The notes under the pieces: generated by a model
What the model saw: the letters and a program-made list of their open reading frames with translations, nothing else
What the model was told of the DNA's origin: nothing
The model's database searches: none
Origin: Eledone cirrhosa
Taxonomy: Eukaryota
NCBI GenBank assembly: GCA_964016885.1
Contig: CAXHJY010000977.1
Span: 1-53,401, forward strand
Length of the DNA: 53,401 nt
Reading direction: 5' to 3'
Part shown: positions 1 to 13,880 of the stretch, one piece after another
Layout: every line of letters starts with the position of its first letter
Numbering within the stretch: position 1 is the stretch's first letter
Position numbers and translations under genes: made by a program

Positions 1-71
1 TATATATGTATATATTATATATATGTATGTATTTATATTATGTATGTATGTATATATATATATATTATATG

Positions 72-119
<48 letters not shown>

Positions 120-135
120 ATATATGTATATGTAT

Positions 136-170
<35 letters not shown>

Positions 171-225
171 GTATATATATATATGTATATATATATATGT
201 ATATATATATGTATATATATATATG

Positions 226-280
<55 letters not shown>

Positions 281-303
281 GTATGTATATATATATATGT
301 ATG

Positions 304-350
<47 letters not shown>

Positions 351-434
351 TATATATATATATATGTATATATATATATGTATATATATATATGTATATA
401 TATATGTATATATATATATGTATATATATATATG

Positions 435-493
<59 letters not shown>

Positions 494-508
494 GTATATA
501 TATATATG

Positions 509-553
<45 letters not shown>

Positions 554-593
554 GTATGTATATATATATATGTATATATATATTATATATATG

Positions 594-644
<51 letters not shown>

Positions 645-717
645 GTATATATGTATATATATGTATATTTGTATATATATGTATATATGTATATATATAT
701 ATGTATATATATATATG

Positions 718-750
<33 letters not shown>

Positions 751-813
751 GTATATATATGTATATATATATATGTATATATATATGTATATATATATGT
801 ATATATATATATG

Positions 814-874
<61 letters not shown>

Positions 875-1035
875 ATATATATATGTATGTATATATATAT
901 ATGTATTTATATATATATATGTATATATATATATTTATATATATATATATGTATATATATATATGTATATATATATATGTTAATATATATATGTATATAT
1001 ATATATGTATATATATATATGTATATATATATATG

Positions 1036-1080
<45 letters not shown>

Positions 1081-1177
1081 GTATATATATATATGTATAT
1101 ATATATATGTATATATGTATATATATGTATATATATATATGTATGTATATATATATATGTATGTATATATATATATG

Positions 1178-1226
<49 letters not shown>

Positions 1227-1299
1227 GTATATATGTATATATATGTATATTTGTATATATATGTATATATGTATATATATATATGTATATATATATATG

Positions 1300-1332
<33 letters not shown>

Positions 1333-1359
1333 GTATATATATATGTATATATATATATG

Positions 1360-1413
<54 letters not shown>

Positions 1414-1445
1414 TGTATATATATGTATATATATATATATGTATA
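1..1445. repeat. Interrupted (TA)n/(TATG) microsatellite
   Basis: Almost pure TA with G interruptions on the + strand; a block marked by 'tatttgta' recurs near 666 and 1248. Confidence 0.99.
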
Positions 1446-2328
1446 TGGCTCCCTACCTTTTTATCATCGTAGTGGACTATTGTATGCGCCTTGCACTGGA
1501 GTCTCTGGCTTTACTGTAGCACCAGCTCAGAGCAGGAGAGTTGGGGCGAAAAGGGTATCGGATGCTGAATTTGCCGACGACATAGTTTTGGTGACAAATA
1601 GTGAAGGAGGCAGAGGATTTCATGCAGGAGGTTGAGACTGTGTCGATGAGTGTGGGGCTGAGAATGAATGAGACTAAAACAAAATATCTGGTAGAGAATG
1701 TTGAGAAGCCAGAGGGGATCACTAATGTAGGCGGGAAGCCGCTGGAATTGGTTGAGGACTTCCTGTATTTGGGAGCAAAGATTGGGAATACGGAAGATGA
1801 TGTGGTTGAGAGGAAGAGCAACGCCTGGGCGGCGTGTCACAGCTTGAGATCGGTGTGGAAGTCGGACCTTCGTAGAGACCTGAAAATCCGCCTCTACATT
1901 GCTGTAGTGGAGTCTGTGCTGCTGTATGGGTCTGAGACTTGGACACTGACCAAGAGACTCACTCAGATGGTGGATGGGTGCTACACGAGAATGCTGAGGA
2001 TGGCTCTGAACATTAATCAGTATACACTGAGGATGAAAAACTCAGAGCTGTATGGGAGCATCCCAAAAGTCAGCTCAAAAGTGACACAGAGGAGATTGAG
2101 GTTGGCTGGACATGCTCACCGACATCCAGAGTGGACATTGCACTCAGTGCTCCTTTGGGAGCCCCTACATGGACACACTAGAAGAGGAAGACCAAGGTTA
2201 ACATATGATGATGCCCTAAGGACAGACACTGGTTTGTTGGAGATGCAGGATATGGCAGCGATAATGAGGGACAGAGACCGCTGGAGAGAACTCGTCCATG
2301 GATCTCGGGAATTATACCCGCCTTAGAT
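1446..2328 (+). mobile_element. RTE-clade LINE, 5'-truncated 3' fragment (RT C-terminal half, frameshifted)
   Basis: [57 protein letters not shown] spread over three frames (shifts near 1500 and 1600); ORF 1601-2326 stop runs straight into the microsatellite. Confidence 0.92.
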
Positions 2329-2465
2329 ATGTATATATATGTATATATATATGTATATATATGTATATATATATGTATATATATGTATGTATATATATGT
2401 ATATATATATGTATGTATATATATGTATATATATATATGTATATATATATATGTATATATATATG

Positions 2466-2498
<33 letters not shown>

Positions 2499-2602
2499 GT
2501 ATATATATGTATATATATATGTATATATATATATGTATATATATATATGTATATGTATATATATGTATATATATATATATGTATATATATATGTATATAT
2601 AT
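2329..2602. repeat. (TA)n/(TATG) microsatellite between the two RTE 3' ends
   Basis: Direct reading. Confidence 0.98.
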
Positions 2603-2745
2603 CTCTATCTATCTAAGGCGGGTAAAATTCCTGAGATCCATGGACGAGTTCTCTCCAGCGGTCTCTGTCCCTCATTATCGCTGCCATATCCTGCATCTCC
2701 AACAGACCAGTGTCTGTCCTTAGGGCATCAACATATGTTAACCTT
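2603..2745 (-). mobile_element. Second short RTE 3'-end copy, inverted relative to the first, with (TAGA)n tail
   Basis: Reverse complement of about 2194-2326 with about 4 substitutions ([43 protein letters not shown]). Confidence 0.93.
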
Positions 2746-2858
2746 ATATATGTATATATATGTATATGTATATATATGTATATGTATATATATGTATATG
2801 TATATATATACATATGTATATATATGTATATGTATATATATATATATGTATATATATG

Positions 2859-2927
<69 letters not shown>

Positions 2928-2929
2928 GA

Positions 2930-3017
<88 letters not shown>

Positions 3018-3225
3018 GTATATATATATATGTATATATATATATTGTTATACTTTGGGAGGGTCATGTTGCCAATAAGAAACACACGCACCAGTTGCTT
3101 TCACTTCAATTTATTATATATTTATAAATTTATAAATTTACAAATCTACAAACTTATAAATAAATAAACAAATAGAAAAATATAAATAGAAAAATAGAAA
3201 AATGAACACAAACACACACAGACAC

Positions 3226-3283
3226 CCGGATGTGGCGCATGCGCAAACTGAGCACACAACACACACACAGAAACAAAATGGCG
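3226..3283 (+). promoter_or_regulatory. Cluster of ETS-like, NRF1 and YY1 promoter motifs
   Basis: CCGGATGT (3226), GCGCATGCGC (3235), CAAAATGGCG (3274) within 60 bp, just upstream of the hammerhead. Confidence 0.45.
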
Positions 3284-3329
3284 TAGGATAGAAGAAAGGA
3301 AAGGCACAGAAACGAAGAAAGGAATCCCC

Positions 3330-3374
3330 AGTCACTGAAGAGGTCACAGAGTGTGTGACGAAAGGACTATGACT
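3330..3374 (+). ncRNA. Minimal type I hammerhead ribozyme
   Basis: AGTCA-CTGAAGA-G-GTCACA gagtg TGTGAC-GAAA-G GA CTA/TGACT; stem I AGTCA/TGACT; one extra nt between A9 and stem II. Confidence 0.8.
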
Positions 3375-3622
3375 ATATATATAAACAACTATCTGGTTGT
3401 GGAACCAACCAACCAACCAACCGGAAATTTATAAGTTTGTAGATTTGTAAATTTATAAATTTATAAATATATAATAAATTGAAGTGAAAGCAACTGGTGC
3501 GTGTGTTTCTTATTGGCAACATGACCCTCCCAAATATAACAATATCGGTTTCAACACACGATTTCAGATAAAGAATCTTGCTAAACAAATTCAGAAACGA
3601 AATATATATATATATATGTATG

Positions 3623-3655
<33 letters not shown>

Positions 3656-3738
3656 GTATATATATGTATGTATATATATGTATATATATGTATGTATATA
3701 TATGTATATGTATATATATATGTATATATATATATATG

Positions 3739-3826
<88 letters not shown>

Positions 3827-3918
3827 ACGAAGGAAATGTGGTAAGGAACCAGGTGGACCATAACGCACCAAAGTACTCAATACTTGAGGTAGTAGAGTGG
3901 GTAATAGGAACCAGTAAG

Positions 3919-4012
3919 ACCCCGACAGCTGAGCTCAAGCCGTTTCGACGGCTAATTCTGGACTAAATGAAAATTTATCCTGGTATTTAAATAGCCGATC
4001 TTCTCAAGGGGT
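3919..4012 (-). ncRNA. Type I hammerhead ribozyme (U3-A8 core variant), inverted copy
   Basis: Reverse complement of 5067-5160. Confidence 0.75.
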
Positions 4013-5066
4013 AATTCCATATATGGTCAAAGTGATTGTCAAAAATCAGTAGTAATTCTGTGGTTGCAAATTAGTAGGGGAGATGGTGGCTAAACCTGCC
4101 AGTAGGAGAAAGAGGGGAGGGGGTGGAGTAGACCCAATCAAGCGTTGGTAGTGCCAGCTACAGCTGGGCATGAGGTCAAAGAAGATACATGATAGATTTG
4201 GCGGACTCCGCCCTTTATAGCAGTTGGCTTAGACCCCGGATACTTGCCCCCTTTTTCCGACCGCTCCCACTATTCTCTGTGCCCTCTATATTTCTTAGTG
4301 GCACTTATGCCTTATTTTTTCGTTTCAGTATTTCTTGCTTCGCTTTTCTTCTGGGCGTGGTTGATTCTGAATTTATTTCTCCGTATTCTACCTTTATTTC
4401 GTACGAACTTTCATGTAGCTTGTTTTAGATCTTTTAGTGTTAGCATTAGTATATATTTTTCTCGGTACTCTGAATTATTATCTCGTACAAGTTCACTTTG
4501 CTGCACTGGGTCGTTGCTGGCCCGGGATGGAAACCTTTATTGTTTATTTCGTGGTAGTCTCTTTAGTATTTTGGCCCCTTTTGTTGACCCGTCACCGTAT
4601 CATTTACGTACTTATACCTCTTAAAAGGGTCCTTGCCTAATCCGTCCCACCTAGTTCTTTTACTTATTTCGTTATTTCCTTATTTATTTATTTCTTTACT
4701 TCTTTCTTTCTTTCTTTATTTATTTTATTCTGCCTAACAATAGCCTGAGACCTAGGTGGTAGTATTTAATTTACTTTACTTTTTTCTTTACACTTATTTG
4801 CTTTTCTTCACTCTCAGTATTTTTTTCTTTCCTATTTCTACCCCCATTGTTCTACCTACCGTTCCGACTTCCTCCCCCTCCCCCTCCCCTGTATCTTCTT
4901 TGACCTCATGCCCAGCTGTAGCTGGCACTACCAACGCTTGATTGGGTCTACTCCACCCCCTCCCCTCTTTCTCCTACTGGCAGGTTTAGCCACCATCTCC
5001 CCTACTAATTTGCAACCACAGAATTACTACTGATTTTTGACAATCACTTTGACCATATATGGAATT

Positions 5067-5160
5067 ACCCCTTGAGAAGATCGGCTATTTAAATACCAGG
5101 ATAAATTTTCATTTAGTCCAGAATTAGCCGTCGAAACGGCTTGAGCTCAGCTGTCGGGGT
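5067..5160 (+). ncRNA. Type I hammerhead ribozyme (U3-A8 core variant, long loop II)
   Basis: ACCCC-TTGAGAA-GATCGGCTA...TAGCCGTC-GAAA-CGGCTTGAGCTCAGCTGTC/GGGGT; stem I ACCCC/GGGGT; near-palindromic stem III. Confidence 0.75.
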
Positions 5161-5172
5161 CTTACTGGTTCC

Positions 5173-6094
<922 letters not shown>

Positions 6095-6149
6095 GAAAGG
6101 ATGAATGTAAAATGAAAGTGCTTTTGTTATTGTTAAAAAAGGAATTTAT

Positions 6150-6189
6150 TAGGTATTGACATATGTTTCTGTAACAGACCGAATACCTA
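6150..6189 (-). ncRNA. Core-degenerate hammerhead-like motif in 3' pLTR
   Basis: TAGGTATT-cggtctgttaca-GAAA-C ATAT GTC/AATACCTA followed by AATAAA; stems I and III intact, CUGANGA box absent. Confidence 0.4.
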
Positions 6190-6731
6190 TGTATCGCTGC
6201 TTGCGTAATCATATAATGTTAGCAAGTATTCGATAGCAAATGTATAATCAGTTGTCACTACTTCAGAGATTTTGGATAAATTGGATAAAATCAGAAAAAT
6301 TGAAGTATTTATATTAGTAAAAGAGGAAGGAACAGAGGGGATAGTATATGACAGATGGTAAATTAATTTACTGCTAAACAAGTATATAATGGGTTTCTAA
6401 TGAGAATACCATGAGTAAATCTAAATAAGAATTTTGGGAGTGCCAATTTTAATCTCTACTTGACCAACTGGACAGTGGACAGGGCTGGTCATTTGGTGCA
6501 GTAGTATTAATTATAAAGTGTCAATTGGGGAAGGGGGAGATTTCGATTGCTACTAAATAACATCAATGCTAGTAGCCAGCTGGTATATGCATTAGGGAAT
6601 TGAATCAAGAAATCAGAAATCTCATTTTATCTATAGCAGTTTGTATTAAAAGGTAAATAAATGATAGAATTAAGACTAATAAAGAATGTTAATATCTATT
6701 TTGACAATCAAACTGGGATAGAGACAGGCGT

Positions 6732-7129
6732 TCAATCCTGGTAGTATTTATAATATGAAAATGTAGATTTTAAGCGATGGTTACAGTATAACGATCGCTC
6801 TATTCTGTTATTTAATAAAATGTTTTTGGATTTCATAATACAAAATAATTCTACATTACATAATTTACAAAATTCCTGTCCATGGGAATATATGGGGGGG
6901 GGGGGGGGGGGGCAGCCGCTATTATATCCCATTTTAGGTGAAATTGTTGGTTATTTTCACGCAGCTGCCAAGCCTTGTCTGCGAGTGTTGTTACATAATG
7001 CTGGTTTTCATGTTTTATCGAGTAACGATGTCTATAAAGGCGTGATTTGAAGGAGGTGGCTGTAGATCCCACGTAGTACCACTTCTGTCTATCCGATTCG
7101 ATAGTAATTTTGCGTTGTTGTATTGCCAT
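6732..7129 (-). pseudogene. PLE GIY-YIG endonuclease remnant
   Basis: YYVGSTATSFKSRLYRH...LKWDII, then a frameshift at the G run near 6894-6912 into FCKLCNVE...LLNNRIE...CNHR; the Cys-rich linker and first strand seen in relatives are missing and it is out of frame with the RT. Confidence 0.85.
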
Positions 7130-8987
7130 GGATGGGTTGATGAGGTTGCTTATGTAGGACAGGATGTTGTTTGTTGTTTTGTGATGTTATAGCTAATGTT
7201 TTACGTGTATTGTTATGTGTTGGAAGGCGTTTATACAACCGTTTTGCGTTAAGCTTTTTTATATGTTGTTCAATATTAGGGGCGGTTGAATATGAAAGTC
7301 GAATAGTGTTAGGGTTTAAGATTTTATTATATTTATGTGATGTTGGAAAGTGTTTTTTAACTAATCGAAAGAATTTTGAGGGTAGATTGGTTTTAATAGA
7401 GTTGTTATCGACCGGGTTGTACCAAATATACTCCTTACATCGCCTTCTGTTTGGTGGTGTGCGACTATTATTGTGTCTATTGCGGTAGTGTATGTATGGT
7501 GGTGATTCTGTGCTATTTCTACTCCTATGTGATTTATTTTGGGTGTTTTGGTGATCTTTGACTATATACTCTATATTATCTAGGTGACCGGCTTTCCTAA
7601 GTGCATCATCATAATACTCGGCATGTTCTTTGAAGGTTTGTTGGTTGGACGACAGGCGGGAGATCCTAAGAGAAACATTTCTAGGGATGGATTTAATTAT
7701 AGAGAGTGGATGGTTAGAACTCGTATTTACATATTTAAGGTTCTCATTTAGTTTATGGAACGGTTTAATCGTATCTGTATTGAGATTGAAAGTAACATCA
7801 AGGAAATTGACCTCTTTGAGGTTATATTCAAATGTAATATCTAATCCTAGTTCCTTAAAAAGCTTTCTGATATTTTTACGCATCCTTTCTAAATTCTGGT
7901 TATTCATATGCTTAACTAATAGGAGCGCATCGTCACGGTAGATTCCACCGTGGAGATCCTTGAATTTTCCTTGTAATCTGTGGGTGATATAAATTCCCAC
8001 AAGATCTGTTACTTCCGCCGAATCATTAGAACCCATAGTGATATCAAAATTAGAGGGTCTATCTTTGCAAACCCAGTAGCTATCATCGAATTTAAGTATA
8101 GTTTTGCTCGCTTCAATAATAATTTTAATTTCAGCATCCGTAAGGTCAGAATTATCCTTAGCGAACGAAAAAGCTTCATGTAGAGTATCAAGTGAAATTG
8201 AGGAATAATATTCATCAATATCAAACTGAATAAATTTTGATTTTTTCTTATCAGTAATGTTATTAAACCATCTTATTGCTTCATGAGTGTTACCCCATAG
8301 TTTAATCTCTATTTTAACCTTAACTTGGGGGATAATTCTGTCTAGTATATATTTGCTAATTTTGCCTATATCAGATTTAGAGGGGCATATAAGTCTAATA
8401 TTAGGGTTAGTATCGAAGTTTACCTTGTGGTCCTTCAGGTTGAAGGATGGTATAGCTGGTGTTAAGGGTTGCGTTCTATCGTCAATACAAAGTTTTTTAA
8501 CAATATCACATGCCGAGTTGTTGATGTTTTTAAGTGTAGCTTCATTAGTTTTCCTGTATTTTTTATGCAATTCCTTACGGATGAAGTTATTGTAAGTGTC
8601 CACATCCATGGTATATACGTTTGATGTTTTGTCTGCTCTAACAATAATTCCATTGGCGTTTTTTAGATTATTGAGCAGTGCCGTGGTGTCATTCTGTAGT
8701 TTATTGTTCTTCCGTTTTGTAAATTTGATCTCCATGATCATATCCATTAGGTCTTGTTCAAATGCATCCAAAAGTGGGTTTGAGGGTGGGTTCTTGTAAG
8801 ATTTAAATCCAAATTTATCCTTGTTAAGATCCGATGTTTGGTTTATACGGCTTTTGTCAAAATGGAATGTTTTCCATCTGATTCGTCGAATAAAATCATT
8901 GGTCCTTCGTATCATACCTAGAATATATTCCCTTTTTGCCTGAATAGGTATGTTTTTTAACGACATATCCAATTGGTGCCTTTCCAT
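7089..8987 (-). CDS. Penelope-type reverse transcriptase (632 aa, endonuclease disconnected)
   Basis: IVRADKTSN, NLKDHK, IRLICP, FIQFDIDEYYSSI, FDITMGSNDSAE, GIYRDDAL, VNFLDVTF, SSNHP motifs. Confidence 0.92.
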   Translation of the reverse strand: MERHQLDMSLKNIPIQAKREYILGMIRRTNDFIRRIRWKTFHFDKSRINQTSDLNKDKFGFKSYKNPPSNPLLDAFEQDLMDMIMEIKFTKRKNNKLQNDTTALLNNLKNANGIIVRADKTSNVYTMDVDTYNNFIRKELHKKYRKTNEATLKNINNSACDIVKKLCIDDRTQPLTPAIPSFNLKDHKVNFDTNPNIRLICPSKSDIGKISKYILDRIIPQVKVKIEIKLWGNTHEAIRWFNNITDKKKSKFIQFDIDEYYSSISLDTLHEAFSFAKDNSDLTDAEIKIIIEASKTILKFDDSYWVCKDRPSNFDITMGSNDSAEVTDLVGIYITHRLQGKFKDLHGGIYRDDALLLVKHMNNQNLERMRKNIRKLFKELGLDITFEYNLKEVNFLDVTFNLNTDTIKPFHKLNENLKYVNTSSNHPLSIIKSIPRNVSLRISRLSSNQQTFKEHAEYYDDALRKAGHLDNIEYIVKDHQNTQNKSHRSRNSTESPPYIHYRNRHNNSRTPPNRRRCKEYIWYNPVDNNSIKTNLPSKFFRLVKKHFPTSHKYNKILNPNTIRLSYSTAPNIEQHIKKLNAKRLYKRLPTHNNTRKTLAITSQNNKQHPVLHKQPHQPIHGNTTTQNYYRIG

Positions 8988-9194
8988 TTTAGAGGCGTAT
9001 GCTGAATTAGTTGCTCAACTGTATAGGAGATTAATAAAATTTCAGGTTATCAATAATGTAGTGATAATATATCGTTACGTTAGAGATGAACAGCGTACGT
9101 GCAGGTTTGCTCAACGAGTATAAATTATATTCCGGAGAAAATGTAGAAAGGATGAATATAAAATGAAAGTGCTTTTGTTAAAAAAGGAATTTAT

Positions 9195-9234
9195 TAGGTA
9201 TTGACATATGTTTCTGTAACAGACCGAATACCTA
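9195..9234 (-). ncRNA. Core-degenerate hammerhead-like motif in 5' pLTR
   Basis: Identical to 6150-6189. Confidence 0.4.
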
Positions 9235-9619
9235 TGTATCGCTGCTTGCGTAATCATATAATGTTAGCAAGTATTCGATAGCAAATGTATAATCAGTTGT
9301 CACTTCTTCAGAGATTTTGGATAAATTGGATAAAATCAGAAAAATTGAAGTATTTATATTAGTAAAAGAGGAAGGAACAGAGGGGATAGTATATGACAGA
9401 TGGTAAATTAATTTACTGCTAAACAAGTATATAATGGGTTTCTAATGAGAATACCATGAGTAAATCTAAATAAGAATTTTGGGAGTGCCAATTTTAATCT
9501 CTACTTGACCAACTGGACAGTGGACAGGGCTGGTCATTTGGTGCAGTAGTATTAATTATAAAGTGTCAATTGGGGAAGGGGGAGATTTCGATTGCTACTA
9601 AATATATATATATATGTAT

Positions 9620-11091
9620 ACAATATTAAATAAATGGAAAACTATATTTATAAAACCATATTTATTTCATTATATATATTTCGGGGATATCATATTAACA
9701 ATATGCTATGCCTTCATCAGACAAAATACAATATAAACAGTTTTATAGATAAATAGATTCGACATACCGTAATAACACCGACTTCATTTGAAGAGGTTTA
9801 CGCTGGCAGTGAAAAAATTTTATACAGAGAGAAAGAAAGAGAGAAAAAAGAAAGAAAGACAAAACGAAGAAAAGGAAGAAAAAGAAGAAAAAGAAAAAGA
9901 AGAAATGGATGGAACAAAATAGAGAGATGGAAAGATAGATAAAGCGAAGAACTTCATGTAAAGAAACAGAAAGAGACATATATATATAGAGAGAGAGGAA
10001 ATAGAGATAGATACATATATATATAGAAAATTAGGTAGTGGGAGGTCATTTTGAGTAAATGTATCAATGATACATTTATTTATTTATTTATTTATTTAGC
10101 TCAGGTATTAATGTAAGGGAGATATATATAGAGAAAAAAATATAGAGAGAGGAAAAAATAGCGAGAGAAAAAAATTTAAAAATAGCCAGACATATTCGAG
10201 GCGCAAAAACCCTATGTTTTAATGTATTACTATTTATAAAACTTACACTATATTGTAAATATCAGTATTCCTGAATGAGACAAGTATCCATAATGTGTGA
10301 AAATTAATTATCTTATGTTTAGTTTTAAAAAATTCATATGTTTATGTGACAGCTACAAACATCCATGCGAATCCAACTGATTCACGGAAAACATTCTCAA
10401 TGTGGTATAAAAATTTGAGCGTATTATTATTCCTGTCATTACTCTACAAGATTATCTATCAAGCAGAAATAGAGAGCAGATTTCAATATACTAATAAAAA
10501 TACATATTATAAACAAAACTAAAAATAAAAAGATAATAATAATAATAATAAGTAAAAATATAGAATAGAAAACTAAAAAAATATTACGAAAGAATATTAC
10601 ATAATAAAAATATTACATATTAAAAATACTACGTATTAAAAAATATTACGTATTTGCTGATGCTCCAAAATTTTTTGAATTAACCTTACACTAGATAAAC
10701 TTCTATATTAAATATAAGAACATATGTAGACCTAATTGGACATCATAATCTTTTTGAAATGATCTTTGCTAGATGTGATTTGATAGATAATTTTTGGCTT
10801 TGCCTTGTAATGAACTTGGCAATATATTGTCAATTAACTTTGAAGGGTTGTTCTTTGTGGTTTATTTTTATTTTTATTTATTTTTATTTTTATTTTTATT
10901 TTTATTTTTATTTTTTATTATTGTAGTATTCTATAATATTTTTTATTTTTTATTTTTTATTTTATTTTTAATATCTTTAATATGTAAATTTTTAATACGT
11001 AATATTTTTTAATACGTAGTATTTTTAATATGTAATATTTTTATTATGTAATATTCTTTCGTAATATTTTTTTAGTTTTCTATTCTATATT
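9620..11091. mobile_element. PLE 3' UTR remnant (family D), inverted arrangement, right arm cut off at the LINE
   Basis: 10557-10654 is the reverse complement of 10994-11091; 10657-10870 resembles 52681-52900 downstream of a GIY-YIG ORF; 9620-9770 matches 51612-51770. Confidence 0.75.
9664..9727 (-). ncRNA. Minimal type I hammerhead ribozyme (family D)
   Basis: ATTTTGT-CTGATGA-aggcatagcatattgttaatatgatatcccc-GAAA-T ATAT ATA/ATGAAAT, overlapping AATAAA. Confidence 0.75.
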
Positions 11092-13880
11092 TGAATGGGA
11101 CGGATAGCACGGGGCCCAAGCCTTGGGTGTATCTTGAAGGCGATGCCAACATCATTTGGGCAGTGATGATGGAACATTTTCCACATCATGCAGATAATAT
11201 AACGCTCACGGCGACGTTGGAGTGAGTAAAGTTTCAGGTTTTCTAGTCGACCCCAGTAGTCAAGGTCTGACATGCCATCTATCTTTTTCGTGATTGCCCT
11301 TTGAGGAGCCTCAAGTTTCATGATACTTTGTTTCGTGTGGGGAGACCACAGTGGACAACAGTATTCAAGGTGTGGTCGGGCAAAAGTAGAGAAGAGAAGG
11401 ATAATGGTGTGGGAATCTCTCGACTGGAAGGTTCTGAGGATCCAGGAACACATTCTGCGGGCCATGTCAACTTTGCTGCTTATATGCGTGGCCCAGCTTA
11501 TGTTGCTGTCCACGGTTACTCCCAAGTCTCTGATGTTGTTAGATGCCACGAGAGTTTCCCCGGAGGGAAGGGAGTACGGGAGTTTCAGAGCATCCTCTTT
11601 TCCAAAGTGGATCAGTTCGAATTTGTCTTCGTTCAGTAACATGTTGTTCTTTTCCGCCCATTGGGTAACAGCCAGTAGGTCTGACTGAAGGCTTATCCGG
11701 TCATCCACGCCATTGATGACCTTTTGGAGCTTGGAATCATCAGCGAAAATTTTAATGTTGCTGTGTTTGATGATGTCAGTGATGTCATTAATATAGATGA
11801 TGAAGAGAAGTGGGCCCAACACAGTGCCTTGTGGGACCCCACTACAGACTTTGGCTGGGCTGGATTTGACTCCTTCAACTACAACATGTTGGGTTCTATT
11901 TGACAGGAAGCTCTTGATCCACTGCAGCAGCTTTCCAGTGACACCAATATTGGACAGCTTTCTCAGTAGAATGTTATGATCAACCCTGTCAAAGGCCTTG
12001 CTGAAATCAAGGTAGATAACATCAGTGTTGGAACCCTCTCCCAAGGCTCTCAAAATGTCATCAAAGTGATGCAGTAGCTGCGTCAGGCAATCCCTTCCAT
12101 TACGGAATCCATGCTGGTTGGAGTTCAGCATATTGTTACTCTCAAGGAAGTGGGTCATTCGCGATCTCACCACTCTCTCAAATACCTTAATGATATGAGA
12201 GGTGAGTGAGATTGGACGGTAATTCACGGCAAGGGATTTGTTTCCCTTTTTGAAAACTGGGACAACAGACTGGGATAGAAGGTTTTCTGGCACATATCCA
12301 GCATCCAGTGAGTTCCGCCACAGATTGGCAAGAGGAGATGCAAGTTGGTGTTGACACGCCTTCAAGACACAAGCAGGGAACCTATCGGGACCTACTGCTG
12401 AATTATGCTTGATTTCCTTTATTGCCGCTAAGACATCAGGGGCGCCAAACGTTATGTCCGATAAGGTGTAATGGGGAGTAACATCGCCGATACAGCCCAG
12501 ATCGGCCATATCAGGATTGCTGAAAACAGAGCAGTATTGTTTCTGCAGTATCTCACCCATGGTTTTAGCATTGTCTTGAAGAGTGCCATTTTCATCAATT
12601 AGAGGGCCAACAGTAGAGCCAGTGATTTTGTGTTTTTTTGCAAATGAAAAGAACACTTTGGGATTGAGTTTGATCTTCTCAATGGCCCAGGCCTCTTCAG
12701 CTCTTCTCTGATTGTTGATGAGGGACATTATGTTGTTTTGGAGGTTATGTTTTTTAATCTCTAGTGATGAAATGGCAGTCAAGTTGATGTGTTGCTGCTG
12801 ACAGTATTTCAGCTTGTTGATCTTTTTGTTCGTTCTCTTAATTTTTCTGATGAGCGTTTTTCTATTTCTAGGGATTCTGCTCTTAGATTTGTTTATAGTT
12901 CTTAATGGAGTGTGTTTTGCACATATGTTTTTAACAGTGTCCACAAATGTCTGCCAGGACTTTTTGATGTTAGTGGGTGTATGAGTGTGCGTGAAGGACC
13001 AGTCGACATGTGCAAGATCATGACTGATCGCTTCCCAGTTTGCATTGTGGAAATCCATAGCGTCAAACGGATGGACAGGAGAGATGACATTGGGTTTGTA
13101 TATTGGACGGTGGAATCTCAGATCACAGAGAACCATCTCATGATCAGAGAGTAGAGTTTTCTCCACTGCAATATTGTGGATATTGTCAGTGTGATTGCTG
13201 AAAATTAAGTCTAGGACGTTTTTGTGGCACCTCGTTGGTTCGAGCACCAGTTGGGATAGGAAGAAATCATCCATGAAGTCAAGAAGCGATTCCACTGCTT
13301 CCCTGTCAGAGGTTGAGGCAGAAGAACCTGGTGGCAGGCTGTTTGTGGACCAGTCAACTCCGGGGAGGTTGAAGTCCCCCATCATTAAGATGTTGTCAGG
13401 GTGACACTCTTGGATGAAACACTTTATGCTGTTGAGGCATTCTTTGAAGCATGGTACAGGCGTTTGGGGTGGCCTATAGAGCCCAACTACTATTAGGTTG
13501 TTGGTTTGACTGAATACAGTGACTGCTTCACAGTATCCATTAGTGAATATGTTCATAGCCTCTGTTGAGAAAGAATTATGGACATAAATGGCAGTCCCGC
13601 CCTTTCTTCTGCCAGCGCGATCAGCACGGATGGCTTTGAAATTTTTCACTTTCACCTCGGCTTCCAAGTGGAGGTTACTGAGATGGGTTTCAGTGAGGAC
13701 GAAGAAAGGGATGTGGTTTGGATGGACATCAATCCAGTCCTCCAGGAATTTGATCTTCCATTTTTGAGTATTGGTGGAAGGGCTGATGCTTTGGGCGTTA
13801 AGCAAAAATGTAGAGGCGAGAGTGGATGGTTTTAATTGTTTTGGTGTGTTGTTAATTTGTTTGTTTGTTAATGGCAGCAA
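11085..13880 (-). CDS. LINE ORF2: APE endonuclease plus reverse transcriptase (C-terminus truncated)
   Basis: [38 protein letters not shown]; [62 protein letters not shown]. Confidence 0.95.
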   Translation of the reverse strand: MLPLTNKQINNTPKQLKPSTLASTFLLNAQSISPSTNTQKWKIKFLEDWIDVHPNHIPFFVLTETHLSNLHLEAEVKVKNFKAIRADRAGRRKGGTAIYVHNSFSTEAMNIFTNGYCEAVTVFSQTNNLIVVGLYRPPQTPVPCFKECLNSIKCFIQECHPDNILMMGDFNLPGVDWSTNSLPPGSSASTSDREAVESLLDFMDDFFLSQLVLEPTRCHKNVLDLIFSNHTDNIHNIAVEKTLLSDHEMVLCDLRFHRPIYKPNVISPVHPFDAMDFHNANWEAISHDLAHVDWSFTHTHTPTNIKKSWQTFVDTVKNICAKHTPLRTINKSKSRIPRNRKTLIRKIKRTNKKINKLKYCQQQHINLTAISSLEIKKHNLQNNIMSLINNQRRAEEAWAIEKIKLNPKVFFSFAKKHKITGSTVGPLIDENGTLQDNAKTMGEILQKQYCSVFSNPDMADLGCIGDVTPHYTLSDITFGAPDVLAAIKEIKHNSAVGPDRFPACVLKACQHQLASPLANLWRNSLDAGYVPENLLSQSVVPVFKKGNKSLAVNYRPISLTSHIIKVFERVVRSRMTHFLESNNMLNSNQHGFRNGRDCLTQLLHHFDDILRALGEGSNTDVIYLDFSKAFDRVDHNILLRKLSNIGVTGKLLQWIKSFLSNRTQHVVVEGVKSSPAKVCSGVPQGTVLGPLLFIIYINDITDIIKHSNIKIFADDSKLQKVINGVDDRISLQSDLLAVTQWAEKNNMLLNEDKFELIHFGKEDALKLPYSLPSGETLVASNNIRDLGVTVDSNISWATHISSKVDMARRMCSWILRTFQSRDSHTIILLFSTFARPHLEYCCPLWSPHTKQSIMKLEAPQRAITKKIDGMSDLDYWGRLENLKLYSLQRRRERYIICMMWKMFHHHCPNDVGIAFKIHPRLGPRAIRPIQI

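Larger units (their letters stand above)
3044..3603 (+). mobile_element. Non-coding hammerhead-bearing mini-element (family A) with inverted arms
   Basis: Arms 3044-3161 and 3427-3544 are reverse complements; right arm extends about 55 nt; TA tracts on both sides; terminal motif and extension shared with 40385-40796. Confidence 0.75.
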
